A stretch of DNA of 64,000 bases from an uncultured Actinomycetes bacterium. Its GTDB lineage: Bacteria > Actinomycetota > Actinomycetes > Jiangellales > Jiangellaceae. The position numbers and the translations under genes were made by a program. Positions 9,136 through 17,979 of the stretch are shown here, piece after piece (position 1 is the first letter of the stretch; each line of letters begins with the position of its first letter). The notes below the pieces were generated by a model. The model was not told the origin of the DNA. It worked only from the letters and a program-made list of their open reading frames with translations, and did no database searches. The stretch is from assembly GCA_964356295.1 (NCBI GenBank), contig CAYHHE010000001.1, positions 23,908-87,907 on the forward strand. Reading direction: 5' to 3'.

Positions 9136-10067
9136 GCCGGGGCCTCCGAGTGGTCGGTGAGGAACGCTCGTGCGTCGTCGAGCTGGTCCGGGGTGCGCAG
9201 GGCGAACGTCGCGACGCCCGGCAGCGTGCGCCGTGCGAGACCGGTGAGCGGTCCGGCAGGCGCGAGCTCGAGAACGCCGGTGACACCCAGCCCCGCCAGG
9301 GTGGCCTGGCATGCGTCCCAGCAGACCGGAGCCGACACCTGCTCGACGAGCCGGGTGAGCATGCCACGTCCAGTGGCGACCACCGACCCGTCACGGTTGG
9401 ACAGCAGCCGGCAAGTGGGATCGGTGACCGCCATCCCGCCCACGAGTGCCCGCAGCCGGTCCATTGCGGGGGCCATGTGGTCGGTATGGAACGCACCGGC
9501 CACGTCGAGCGGACGCAGCCTGGCAGCCGGGGGCGGGTTCTCCGCCAGCACCTGGAGCTGCTCGAGGGTGCCGGCGGCCACCACCTGCCCGGCGCCGTTG
9601 ACGTTGGCGGCGGTCAGGCCGGTGCGCTCCAGGGCGGCGAAGACCTCGTCCGGGTCCCCGCCGAGCACGGCGGTCATCCCGGTGGGCGTGGCGGCCGCGG
9701 CCTGCGCCATCGCCCGGCCGCGCTCGCGGGCCAGCACCATCGCCTGCTCCGCGGTGAGCACACCCGCCACGACGCTCGCGGTGAGCTCCCCGACGGAGTG
9801 TCCGGCGGCGACATCCACCGAGAATGCGCGGGACTGCTCGGCGAGCAGCTGCTCGAGCGCGACCAGGCCTGCGGCCACGAGCAGCGGCTGCGCCACGGCG
9901 GTGTCCCGGATGGTGTCGGCGTCCGCGGTGGTGCCCAGTGCCATCAGGTCGAGGTCGGCGGCAGCGGAGAACCACGTCAGTCGTTCCGGCACTCGGGGGA
10001 GCTCGAGCCAAGCAGTGAGCATGCCCGGGGCCTGGGCGCCCTGACCGGGTGCGACGACCGCCAGCAT
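9132..10067 (-). CDS. fabD: malonyl-CoA:ACP transacylase
   Basis: 311 aa. APGQGAQ start region and active-site GHSVGE. Confidence 0.95.
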   Translation of the reverse strand: MLAVVAPGQGAQAPGMLTAWLELPRVPERLTWFSAAADLDLMALGTTADADTIRDTAVAQPLLVAAGLVALEQLLAEQSRAFSVDVAAGHSVGELTASVVAGVLTAEQAMVLARERGRAMAQAAAATPTGMTAVLGGDPDEVFAALERTGLTAANVNGAGQVVAAGTLEQLQVLAENPPPAARLRPLDVAGAFHTDHMAPAMDRLRALVGGMAVTDPTCRLLSNRDGSVVATGRGMLTRLVEQVSAPVCWDACQATLAGLGVTGVLELAPAGPLTGLARRTLPGVATFALRTPDQLDDARAFLTDHSEAPA

Positions 10068-10083
10068 GGAGCAAGCCTGCTCC
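10068..10083. promoter_or_regulatory. 16-bp palindrome GGAGCA-AGCC-TGCTCC filling the fasR-stop/fabD-start gap
   Basis: Perfect 6+6 inverted repeat read directly from the sequence. It occupies most of the 19-nt spacer and overlaps the expected fabD ribosome-binding region. Confidence 0.25.
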
Positions 10084-10086
10084 GTC

Positions 10087-11376
10087 CTAGCCGGTGCGGG
10101 GGGATCGGCGGCTACGAAGTTCTTCCCCGGGTTCTTGTAGGACCCCTACAACCCCACCCGGTCCGCCCGCGGTCCCGCCGACCCGCTCCGGCTCGACGAG
10201 TCGGCCAAGGGTGAGAGCCACCCGCAGGACGAACAAGCCGCGGGGATCGCTCGGTGACCACCCGGTGAGCTCGTGCACCCGGCGCAGCCGGTACCGGACG
10301 GTGTTCGGATGCACCAGCAGCCGACGCGAGGTCGCCTCGATGGACGACCCCGTGCTCAGGTAGGCCTCCACGGTGTCCATCAGGGCACCGCGGTCGTCGG
10401 CGAGGGGACCGAACACGTCGGTCACCAGAGTGCGCCTGGCGTGCCCGTCGCCGGCCAGAGCCCGCTCGGGGAGCAGGGCGTCGGTCGCCACCGGACGTGG
10501 CGCGTCGGCCCAGCCGGGGGCCGCGCGCAGCCCGGCCAGCGCTCGGCGTGCCGATGCGCCCGTCGAGCCCAGGGTCTGCGCGGCCGGACCGACGACGACC
10601 GGTCCCGGGCCGAAGGCGTCGGCCACCGAGCGGGCCGCAGCGACCGGGTCGCCGACCTGGTCCAGCAGCACCACCAGGCGTTCCCCGTGCACACCGACCA
10701 GCGCGGAGTGGCCCGCGGCCCGCGCCGCGGTGCGGATCTCGTCCACCACGGTCTCCGGATCCCGGGGCCGTGGGGCCGCCCCCACCACGACCGTCAGCGC
10801 CCCGCGCCCCGGCCACCGCAGCGCCGCCGCCTGCGAGAGGACCGCCTCGTCGATCTCGTTGCGCAGCACCGAGTCGACCACGAGAGCCTCGAGTCGTGCG
10901 TCCCACGCGCCGCGGTCCTCCGCCGCACGCGCGTACACGGTGGCGGCCGCGAAGGCGACCTCGCGCGAGTACCGCAGCATCGCCTCGTGGACGTCGGGCG
11001 CAGCCTGCGGGCCGACGACGTCCTCCAGCGACTCCTCGACCGCGTCGAGGGCCACCCTGGTCATCTGCACCACCCGTTCCAGGCGGATGGCCCGGATGAG
11101 CTCCGGTGGGGCCGCGCCGAACACCTCGGCCGAGACGGCCTTGTGCCGCCGGGGGTCGCGGTACCACGCGGCGAACGCCACGATCGCCGACTGGAGGATC
11201 ACGCCAACCCATGACCGCAGCTCGGCGGGCATCGACCGGTACCAGGAGAGCCGCTCGTTCAGCCGTGCCAGGCCCCGGGTGGACAGCTCCCCCGCTCCCC
11301 GTTCCAGCCTGCGGGCTGCCTCATCCGGGTCGAAGTCGCGCGCGGGCCCGCCCCCTTCGGCTCGGCCCCGCGGCAT
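10087..11376 (-). CDS. fasR: PucR-family transcriptional regulator, FasR/MabR-like (fatty-acid synthase regulator)
   Basis: ATG 11376, 429 aa. LSWYRSMPAELRSWVGVILQ N-terminal signature and a C-terminal PucR HTH (HPNTVRYRLRRVHELTG). Located directly upstream of fabD, as in Streptomyces and Mycobacterium. Track ORF 10087..12705 is an artefactual extension. Confidence 0.8.
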   Translation of the reverse strand: MPRGRAEGGGPARDFDPDEAARRLERGAGELSTRGLARLNERLSWYRSMPAELRSWVGVILQSAIVAFAAWYRDPRRHKAVSAEVFGAAPPELIRAIRLERVVQMTRVALDAVEESLEDVVGPQAAPDVHEAMLRYSREVAFAAATVYARAAEDRGAWDARLEALVVDSVLRNEIDEAVLSQAAALRWPGRGALTVVVGAAPRPRDPETVVDEIRTAARAAGHSALVGVHGERLVVLLDQVGDPVAAARSVADAFGPGPVVVGPAAQTLGSTGASARRALAGLRAAPGWADAPRPVATDALLPERALAGDGHARRTLVTDVFGPLADDRGALMDTVEAYLSTGSSIEATSRRLLVHPNTVRYRLRRVHELTGWSPSDPRGLFVLRVALTLGRLVEPERVGGTAGGPGGVVGVLQEPGEELRSRRSPRTG

Positions 11377-11477
11377 GCCCGCGACCCTAACCCGCTGACG
11401 GGACCTTCGACCCGCCGAGGTGCGCACCCTCTTCAGGTACCGTCCCTCAACCGCACCGACCACCGGGGAGGATGGGC

Positions 11478-11543
11478 ATGACCTTCGCACCAGCCGACCC
11501 CGCATCCCTGCAGGTTGGCCCGACGTGCACGAGCTGTCGATAG
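11478..11543 (+). CDS. possible 21-codon upstream ORF overlapping the hypA start
   Basis: GGAGGA (11467-11472), a 5-nt spacer, then ATG 11478. Encodes MTFAPADPASLQVGPTCTSCR, with TAG at 11541-11543. It overlaps the hypA GTG at 11525 out of frame. Confidence 0.2.
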   Translation: MTFAPADPASLQVGPTCTSCR

Positions 11544-11875
11544 CCCAGGCGATCGTCCACACGGTCGTCGAGGCGGTAGGGGACGTCCCGGTCGAGGCTG
11601 TCGAGGTGACGGTGGGAGCGCTGTCCGGGGTCGTGCCCAGCGCGCTGGAGTTCTGCTGGGAGATCGCCACGGACGCGACGACGCTTGCCGGGTCGTCGCT
11701 GGTGATCGAGTACGTGCCCACGACGATCTTCTGCGGCGGCTGCGACGCCCTCGTGCGACCAGAGGTGGGGTTCGTCTGCCCGACCTGCGGCGGACTGTCG
11801 GGCGACCTGCGCTCCGGTCGCGAGCTCGAGGTGCGCGCCGCCCGGCTCAGGGACTCCGCGGAGGTCCGGCCGTGA
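11525..11875 (+). CDS. hypA: hydrogenase maturation nickel metallochaperone HypA
   Basis: GTG 11525 gives the canonical (M)HELSIAQAIV start. Zn site CGGC...CPTCGG. The stop overlaps the hypB start (GTGA). Confidence 0.85.
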   Translation: MHELSIAQAIVHTVVEAVGDVPVEAVEVTVGALSGVVPSALEFCWEIATDATTLAGSSLVIEYVPTTIFCGGCDALVRPEVGFVCPTCGGLSGDLRSGRELEVRAARLRDSAEVRP

Positions 11876-12564
11876 CGACGACGTCCCCGACACCGCGCAT
11901 CGTCGAGTTGCGCCGGGGGGTGCTGGAGAAGAACGACCGCCTCGCCGCCGACCTGCGGACCCGGTTCGCCGCTGCGAACGTGGCGGTGTCGAACTGGGTG
12001 TCCAGCCCGGGCAGCGGCAAGACGACCCTGCTGGAACGCGTGCTGGTCCGCGCCCGCGCCCGCGGCTTCGCGGCCGCGGCGCTGGTCGGGGACTGCGCGA
12101 CCGACAACGATGCCCAGCGGCTGGCCGCCTCCGGTGCCCCCGTGCGACAGATCGTCACCGATGGACTGTGCCACCTGGAAGCCGACATGGTCGGTGCCCA
12201 TGTGGCCGCGCTGGAGGCGGACGGTCACGCGCTGGAGGCGTTGGACCTGCTGGTGCTCGAGAACGTCGGCAACCTCGTCTGCCCCACCTCCTTCGACCTC
12301 GGAGAGGGGCTGCGCGTCGCGCTCATGTCGGTGACCGAGGGGGAGGACAAGCCGCTGAAGTACCCGCAGCTGTTCGCCTCGGCCGACGTCATCGTGCTCA
12401 CCAAGGTCGACATCGCCACGGCGGTGGAGTTCGACGCCGACATGGCCCTGTCCGCGATCGCCACCGTGGCCCCGGACCGTCCGGTGCTGTCCACGTCCGC
12501 GCGGACCGGTCTGGGCGTCGACGCCCTGCTCGATCTGCTGCTGTCCCCGTCGACAGCGACGTGA
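11872..12564 (+). CDS. hypB: hydrogenase nickel incorporation GTPase HypB
   Basis: P-loop SSPGSGKTTLLE. ENVGNLVCP and LTKVD GTPase motifs. Confidence 0.9.
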   Translation: MTTTSPTPRIVELRRGVLEKNDRLAADLRTRFAAANVAVSNWVSSPGSGKTTLLERVLVRARARGFAAAALVGDCATDNDAQRLAASGAPVRQIVTDGLCHLEADMVGAHVAALEADGHALEALDLLVLENVGNLVCPTSFDLGEGLRVALMSVTEGEDKPLKYPQLFASADVIVLTKVDIATAVEFDADMALSAIATVAPDRPVLSTSARTGLGVDALLDLLLSPSTAT

Positions 12565-14945
12565 TCCGTCGCGCCGCTCGGCTGTCCGGGATCGTCCAGG
12601 GCGTCGGGATGCGCCCCCACCTGCATCGGCTCGCCCTCGAGGAGGGTCTGGGCGGGCACGTCGGCAACGACGCCGCCGGGGTCTTCCTCGAGGTGGAGGG
12701 GCCACCCGAGCGTGTCACGCGGTTCCTGGATCGCATGGTCGCCCAGGCGCCCCCGCTGGCGCTGATCGAGGACGTCACGGTGCGCGAGGTCCCGGCCACC
12801 GGTCTGTGCGGGTTCCGCATCGTGACCTCGCTGCAGGCCGCGGACCCCGCGGCCGGCAGCGCCCCGGTGGCGCTGGTGCCCCCCGACACCGCGACCTGCC
12901 CGCAGTGTGTGGCCGAGATGCTCGACCCGACGGACCGCCGCTACCGCTACCCGTTCATCGCCTGCACGTTCTGCGGACCCCGGTTCACCATCGTGCGTGG
13001 CGTCCCGTACGACCGACCGCACACCACCATGGACGCCTTCGGCCTCTGTGCGGACTGCCGCCGCGAGTACGAGGACCCCGGGGACCGCCGGTTCCACGCG
13101 CAGCCGACCGCCTGCGGGGTGTGCGGGCCACGGCTGGCCTTCCGCCCGGAGGGGCACGGCGTGCCGACCGAGGTCGGGGACGCGGCGCTGGCAGCAGCCG
13201 CGCGGCTGCTGCGCCAGGGCGGGATCGTCGCGGTCAAGGGCGTCGGCGGTTACCACCTCGCGTGCGACGCCCGCCGCCCCGACGTGGTGGCACGACTGCG
13301 TGCCCGCAAGCGCCGCTCCCGCAAACCGTTCGCGCTGCTGGCCGCTGACATCGACGCCGTACGGTCCCTGGTCGTCACAGACCAGGACACCGAGGACGCC
13401 CTGACCTCGCCGGAGGCCCCGATCGTGCTGGCGCCGGCCCTCGACTCGCCGACAGCCCAGGCGCTGGTCGCGTCGGTCGCCCCCGGCCAGTCGTCCCTGG
13501 GGCTGATGCTGCCCTACAGCGGGCTGCACCACCTGCTCGTCCGTCCCCATCCGGACGTCCCGGGCAGCGTTGCCGACCTGCTCGTTCTGACCAGCGCCAA
13601 CCTGTCCGACGAGCCGCTGTGCACCGACCCGGCCGAGGCGGACGAGCGCCTGGACGGGATCGCCGACGGGTGGCTGCACCACGACCGGCCGATCCATCTG
13701 GCCTGCGACGACTCGGTCGTGAGGCTGGTGCCGACGGTCGCCGGCCGTGCCGGGACGGGGACGGCGACGGGCACCCTGCAGCCGGTGCGCCGCAGCCGCG
13801 GATACGCCCCGGTTCCGGTGCGGCTGCCCGTCGACTGCCCGCCCACCCTCGCGGTCGGCGGGGAGCTCAAGGCCACCGTCTGCCTGGCCGACGGGCGCCG
13901 CGGCTGGCTCAGCCAACACCTCGGCGACGTCGCGTCGCTGGAGGCGTTGGCCCTGCTGCGCCGGACAGTGGACGTCCTGCAGGCACAGTCCCGCATCGCG
14001 CCGGAACGGGTGGTCGCCGACCTGCACCCGGGGTACCTGTCGCGGCGCTGGGCCAGCGAGCATGCCGACGCCATCGGGGCCGAGCTGGTCGGCGTCCAGC
14101 ACCACCATGCGCACCTGGGATCGCTGCTCGCCGAGCACGGGCACCCCCCCGACGAGCCGGTCCTCGGGGTGACCTTCGACGGCACCGGCTACGGCACGGA
14201 CGGCGCCATCTGGGGCGGCGAGTTCCTGCTGGGCTCCTACGCGTCAGTGCAGCGGGTGGCGCACCTGCGGCCGGTGGCCCTGCCCGGCGGGGACGCCGCC
14301 ATCACCCACCCGTCCCGGATAGCGCTGGCTCACCTTCAGGCTGCCGGCCTGGACTGGGACCCACGCCTGCCCGCGGTCCAGGCCCTCACCGAGGTCGAGC
14401 GCACCCTGCTGCGCGGGATGCTGCGCACCGGAACCGGATGCGTGCCCACCACGAGCATGGGGCGCCTCTTCGACGCCGTGTCGTCACTGGCCGGGATCTG
14501 CCAGCGCTCCGGGTACGAGGGCCAGGCCGCGATCGAGCTCGAGGGGCTGCTTCCACAGGCCGCCGACCTGTCGTCGAGGACCGACTACCGGTTCGCGCTC
14601 GACATGTCCGGTGTCGGCGCCTGGGTGGTGGACCCGGGCCCGGTGCTGGCCGCCGCCGTCCACGACGTGCTCGCCGGCGTCTCGTCCGCTGCGGTATCGA
14701 TGCGGTTCCACCACGCCGTCGCCGACATGGTCGCTGACCTCGCGCGCGCCGTCCGCGATCGTGACGGGGTGCAGACTGTTGGATTGACTGGTGGAGTGTT
14801 CCAGAATGCCGTGATGACCACCCTCTGCCGCCAGGTTCTCGGCGAGGCCGGGTTCACGGTGCTCGTGCACCGCCGCGTCCCGCCCAACGACGGCGGGCTG
14901 GCGCTAGGACAAGCGATCGTCGCCGCGTGCGGCGGAGGAAGGTAG
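12561..14945 (+). CDS. hypF: carbamoyltransferase HypF
   Basis: The GTG at 12561 overlaps the hypB stop. Acylphosphatase-like start [11 protein letters not shown]. Two Zn fingers (CPQC...CTFCGPRF and CADC...CGVCGPR). YrdC and Kae1-like regions follow. Confidence 0.9.
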   Translation: MIRRAARLSGIVQGVGMRPHLHRLALEEGLGGHVGNDAAGVFLEVEGPPERVTRFLDRMVAQAPPLALIEDVTVREVPATGLCGFRIVTSLQAADPAAGSAPVALVPPDTATCPQCVAEMLDPTDRRYRYPFIACTFCGPRFTIVRGVPYDRPHTTMDAFGLCADCRREYEDPGDRRFHAQPTACGVCGPRLAFRPEGHGVPTEVGDAALAAAARLLRQGGIVAVKGVGGYHLACDARRPDVVARLRARKRRSRKPFALLAADIDAVRSLVVTDQDTEDALTSPEAPIVLAPALDSPTAQALVASVAPGQSSLGLMLPYSGLHHLLVRPHPDVPGSVADLLVLTSANLSDEPLCTDPAEADERLDGIADGWLHHDRPIHLACDDSVVRLVPTVAGRAGTGTATGTLQPVRRSRGYAPVPVRLPVDCPPTLAVGGELKATVCLADGRRGWLSQHLGDVASLEALALLRRTVDVLQAQSRIAPERVVADLHPGYLSRRWASEHADAIGAELVGVQHHHAHLGSLLAEHGHPPDEPVLGVTFDGTGYGTDGAIWGGEFLLGSYASVQRVAHLRPVALPGGDAAITHPSRIALAHLQAAGLDWDPRLPAVQALTEVERTLLRGMLRTGTGCVPTTSMGRLFDAVSSLAGICQRSGYEGQAAIELEGLLPQAADLSSRTDYRFALDMSGVGAWVVDPGPVLAAAVHDVLAGVSSAAVSMRFHHAVADMVADLARAVRDRDGVQTVGLTGGVFQNAVMTTLCRQVLGEAGFTVLVHRRVPPNDGGLALGQAIVAACGGGR

Positions 14946-14951
14946 GCGGCC

Positions 14952-15209
14952 ATGTGCCTGGGAGTGCCCGGCAAGGTCGAGCAGATCTGGGACGTCCAGG
15001 GCACCCGGATGGCCACCGTCGACTTCGGTGGCATCCGCAAGGAGGTGTGCCTGGCCTACGTGCCCGAGGTCGAGGTGGGGGACTACACCGTGGTGCACGT
15101 CGGCTTCGCCATCACCAAGCTGGACGAGGAGTCGGCGCTGGAGACCCTGCGGCTCTTCGAGCAGATCGGTGCCCTGGAGGCGGAGTTCGGGACCACGTTC
15201 AACCAGTAG
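14952..15209 (+). CDS. hypC: HypC/HybG/HupF family hydrogenase assembly chaperone
   Basis: 85 aa starting MCLGVPGKV. Confidence 0.9.
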   Translation: MCLGVPGKVEQIWDVQGTRMATVDFGGIRKEVCLAYVPEVEVGDYTVVHVGFAITKLDEESALETLRLFEQIGALEAEFGTTFNQ

Positions 15210-15249
15210 GCGTCCGGCAGTTCTCGCGCCCGCGGGCATCGGAGGAGAC

Positions 15250-16359
15250 ATGAAGTACCTCGACGAGTTCCACGACCCGGGGCTGGCCCGGCGGCTGCTG
15301 GACGAGATCGCCGCCACCGTCACCCAGCCGTGGGCGATCATGGAGGTCTGCGGCGGGCAGACCCACACCATCATCCGCAACGGCATCGACCAGCTGCTGC
15401 CGGACGGCGTGGAGATGATCCACGGCCCAGGATGCCCGGTGTGCGTCACTCCGCTGGAGATGATCGACCGCGCGCTGGCGATCGCCGCCCGCCCGGAGGT
15501 CATCTTCTGCTCGTTCGGCGACATGATCCGGGTGCCGGGGAGCGAGAAGGACCTGTTCAGGATCAAGAGCGAGGGCGGGGACGTCAGGATCGTGTACTCG
15601 CCGCTGGATGCGGTGAAGATCGCCCGGGACAACCCCGACAAGCAGGTCGTCTTCTTCGGCATCGGCTTCGAGACCACCGCACCGGCCAACGCGATGACGG
15701 TGTACCTGGCGAAGAAGGAGAAGATCGAGAACTTCTCCATGCTGGTGTCCCACGTCCTCGTGCCGCCGGCGATCTGCGCGCTCATGGAGTCACCCACCCG
15801 GCGTGTCCAGGGGTTCCTCGCGGCCGGACACGTGTGCGCCGTCATGGGCATGCGCGAGTACGTCCCGCTGGTCGAGAGGTTCCGCGTCCCGATCGTGGTC
15901 ACCGGGTTCGAGCCGCTCGACGTCCTCGAGGGCATCCGCCGGACGCTCGCCCAGCTCGAGCAGGGACGAGCCGAGCTCGACAACGCCTACCCGCGCGCGG
16001 TGTCGATGGACGGCAACATCCCCGCCCAGCAGATGGTGCTGGACGTGTTCGAGACCACCGACCGCGCCTGGCGGGGCATCGGGATGATCCCGGCGAGTGG
16101 CTGGCGGCTGTCGCAGCGGTACGCGCACTACGACGCCGAGCAGCGCTTCGACGTCAGCGACATCCGCACCGAGGAGTCGCCGCTGTGCCGCAGCGGCGAG
16201 GTTCTGCAGGGGTTGATCAAGCCCCACGAGTGCGCCGCCTTCGGCCGCGAGTGCACCCCGCGCAACCCACTGGGGGCGCCGATGGTGTCCAGCGAAGGGG
16301 CGTGCGCGGCGTACTACCAGTTCCGCAGGATCGCCACCCCGAGCGGCGCCTCTGCCTGA
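15250..16359 (+). CDS. hypD: hydrogenase formation protein HypD
   Basis: MKYLDEF start preceded by GGAGGAG. Motifs CGGQTH and [10 protein letters not shown]. Confidence 0.9.
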   Translation: MKYLDEFHDPGLARRLLDEIAATVTQPWAIMEVCGGQTHTIIRNGIDQLLPDGVEMIHGPGCPVCVTPLEMIDRALAIAARPEVIFCSFGDMIRVPGSEKDLFRIKSEGGDVRIVYSPLDAVKIARDNPDKQVVFFGIGFETTAPANAMTVYLAKKEKIENFSMLVSHVLVPPAICALMESPTRRVQGFLAAGHVCAVMGMREYVPLVERFRVPIVVTGFEPLDVLEGIRRTLAQLEQGRAELDNAYPRAVSMDGNIPAQQMVLDVFETTDRAWRGIGMIPASGWRLSQRYAHYDAEQRFDVSDIRTEESPLCRSGEVLQGLIKPHECAAFGRECTPRNPLGAPMVSSEGACAAYYQFRRIATPSGASA

Positions 16360-16416
16360 GGCAGTTTCGGGGGCTCCCGCGGGTCGCCGTCCGCGTCCCC
16401 TGGCCGCTGAAGCGCT

Positions 16417-16474
16417 CATCGTCCGAGGGTTGGAGGGTGATGACCCTCAGTTGCTCGGACGCAAGCCGGGGGTG
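16417..16474 (+). repeat. 58-bp structured repeat, copy 1 (hypD-hypE spacer)
   Basis: CATCGTCCGAGGGTTGGAGGGTGATGACCCTCAGTTGCTCGGACGCAAGCCGGGGGTG. Nested hairpin: outer stem 16420-16427/16454-16461, inner stem 16433-16438/16443-16448, loop GATG. Confidence 0.85.
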
Positions 16475-16555
16475 TGGTGGACGGGGGTGCTGCGGGCGCC
16501 GCGCGGTTGCGGCTTCGGGGGCTCGCCCGGCGGCGGTGGTGCGCTCGGACGGGGC

Positions 16556-16613
16556 CATCGTCCGAGGGTTGGAGGGTGATGGCCCTCAGTTGCTCGGACG
16601 CAAGCCGGGGGTG
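16556..16613 (+). repeat. 58-bp structured repeat, copy 2 (139 bp downstream of copy 1)
   Basis: Identical to copy 1 except A16443 becomes G16582. A further shared block TTCGGGGGCTC occurs at 16366 and 16514. Confidence 0.85.
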
Positions 16614-16641
16614 GCTGCTGGCACGGGAGCGGATCGCCTGC

Positions 16642-16887
16642 GTGTCGGTGTCGCGTGGCTGTGCGCGGGGCGATGATGCTGGAGGGGACAGGCCGGCCAC
16701 CTGGGAGTCGCTCAAGCAGGACGCCCCACCCGGGCTGCTGTTCGGCTGGAAGAACTTCTACGACGAGGACCAGCCGGTCTTCAGCGCCGAGCAGGCCATG
16801 AGCCCGCAGCCCACCCCCCCGGGTGGATCTCCTACCAATGAGCGGGCCGCCACCCAGCAGGTTCCCGCGCGCCTCCCACCTGGGTAA
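16642..16887 (+). CDS. possible small hypothetical CDS immediately upstream of hypE
   Basis: Frame of track ORF 16474..16887. From about 16690 GC3 becomes high (…WESLKQDAPPGLLFGWKNFYDEDQPVFSAEQAM…). TAA lies 11 nt before the hypE GTG. The start is uncertain (GTG 16642 or 16648) and I recognise no family. Confidence 0.2.
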   Translation: MSVSRGCARGDDAGGDRPATWESLKQDAPPGLLFGWKNFYDEDQPVFSAEQAMSPQPTPPGGSPTNERAATQQVPARLPPG

Positions 16888-16898
16888 CGTGCGCCTAC

Positions 16899-17966
16899 GT
16901 GACTGCTGAGCGGGCCCTACCGGTCGACCTGGAGAGCTGGACCTGCCCCGTCCCGCTGCGCGACTCGCCGACCGTGCTGCTCGGCCACGGTGCCGGGGGA
17001 CGGCTGTCGGCCGAGCTCGTCCAGCACCTGTTCCTGCCCGCCTTCGGTGGTGACGCCGACGCGCTCGGAGACTCCGCAGTGGTGCGGGTCGGCGCGACTC
17101 GGATCGCCATGACCACCGACTCGTTCGTGGTCAGGCCCCGGTGGTTCCCCGGCGGCAACATCGGGGCGCTGGCGGTCAACGGGACGGTGAACGACCTGGC
17201 CATGGTCGGGGCCCAGCCGCTGTACCTCACTGCGGGATTCATCCTGGAGGAGGGACTGCTGGTCGACGAGCTCGGACGGCTGTCGGTCGCCCTCGGGGAG
17301 GCGGCGAGGATCGCGGACGTGCAGGTCGTCGCCGGCGACACCAAGGTGGTCGACCGCGGGCACGGCGACGGGCTCTACATCAACACCACCGGCGTTGGCC
17401 TGGTGCCCGACGGAGTGGACATCGGACCGGGCAACGCCCGGCCGGGGGACGCTGTCGTGGTGAGTGGGCCGATCGGCCAGCACGGCGTCGCAGTGCTCAG
17501 TGTCCGGGAGGGCCTGGAGTTCGGCACGCAGATCCTCTCGGACTGCCAGCCGCTGAACGGCCTGGTAGCCGACCTGCTGGCTGCCGGCGTCGACGTCCAC
17601 ACGCTGCGCGACCCGACGCGCGGCGGGTTGGCGGCCACGCTCAACGAGATCGCCGCGTCCTCCCGTGTCGGCGTCCAGATCGAGGAGCGGCTAGTGCCGG
17701 TCCCCGACGACGTGCGGGCCGCGTGCGGGTTCCTCGGACTGGACCCGATGGTGGTCGCCAACGAGGGCAAGCTCGTCGCGTTCCTCCCCGCCGAGCAGGC
17801 CGACAAGGCTGTGGAGACGCTGCGAGCCCACCCCCGCGGCGTCGGGGCCACCCGCATCGGAACCGTCAGCGAGGAGCACCCCGGCGTCGTCGTCGCGCGC
17901 ACCGGCATCGGCGGCAGCCGCGTGGTGGACCTGCCGTTGGGCGAGCAGCTGCCGCGCATCTGCTGA
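16899..17966 (+). CDS. hypE: hydrogenase expression/formation protein HypE
   Basis: GTG start, 355 aa. GHGAGG and AIR-synthase-like fold motifs. C-terminal PRIC. Confidence 0.9.
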   Translation: MTAERALPVDLESWTCPVPLRDSPTVLLGHGAGGRLSAELVQHLFLPAFGGDADALGDSAVVRVGATRIAMTTDSFVVRPRWFPGGNIGALAVNGTVNDLAMVGAQPLYLTAGFILEEGLLVDELGRLSVALGEAARIADVQVVAGDTKVVDRGHGDGLYINTTGVGLVPDGVDIGPGNARPGDAVVVSGPIGQHGVAVLSVREGLEFGTQILSDCQPLNGLVADLLAAGVDVHTLRDPTRGGLAATLNEIAASSRVGVQIEERLVPVPDDVRAACGFLGLDPMVVANEGKLVAFLPAEQADKAVETLRAHPRGVGATRIGTVSEEHPGVVVARTGIGGSRVVDLPLGEQLPRIC

Positions 17967-17979
17967 GCGTGCCGTCCCC

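Noticed and set aside
10087-12705. 872-aa minus-strand ORF, and the similar over-long track ORFs 25702..27522, 42689..46024, 41103..42965, 60054..61469 and 8128..9312
   Set aside because: Only the C-terminal part of each has real homology. The N-terminal extensions are Arg-rich and overlap neighbouring genes. Internal starts with overlap-type coupling or canonical N-termini (for example MIEFDRVTKTY, MSGPAVAAR, MPRGRAEGG) were used instead.
16417-16613. CRISPR array interpretation of the two 58-bp repeats
   Set aside because: There are only two copies. The repeat is far longer than CRISPR repeats and is internally a nested hairpin. No cas genes are in the window, and it lies inside an operon spacer.
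15330-16676. 448-aa plus-strand ORF spanning hypD and the spacer, and ORF 16474..16887 as a 137-aa protein
   Set aside because: The first is out of frame with the well-supported hypD and is Arg/Gly-rich. The N-terminal half of the second is simply a translation of the repeat element. Only its 3' third shows coding-like GC3, and that part is reported separately at low confidence.
16811-16826. CCACCC-CCCC-GGGTGG hairpin as a 6C-type small RNA
   Set aside because: It is a single short hairpin with a 4-C loop, whereas the 6C RNA has two stem-loops with longer C-rich loops. It also lies inside a possibly coding stretch.
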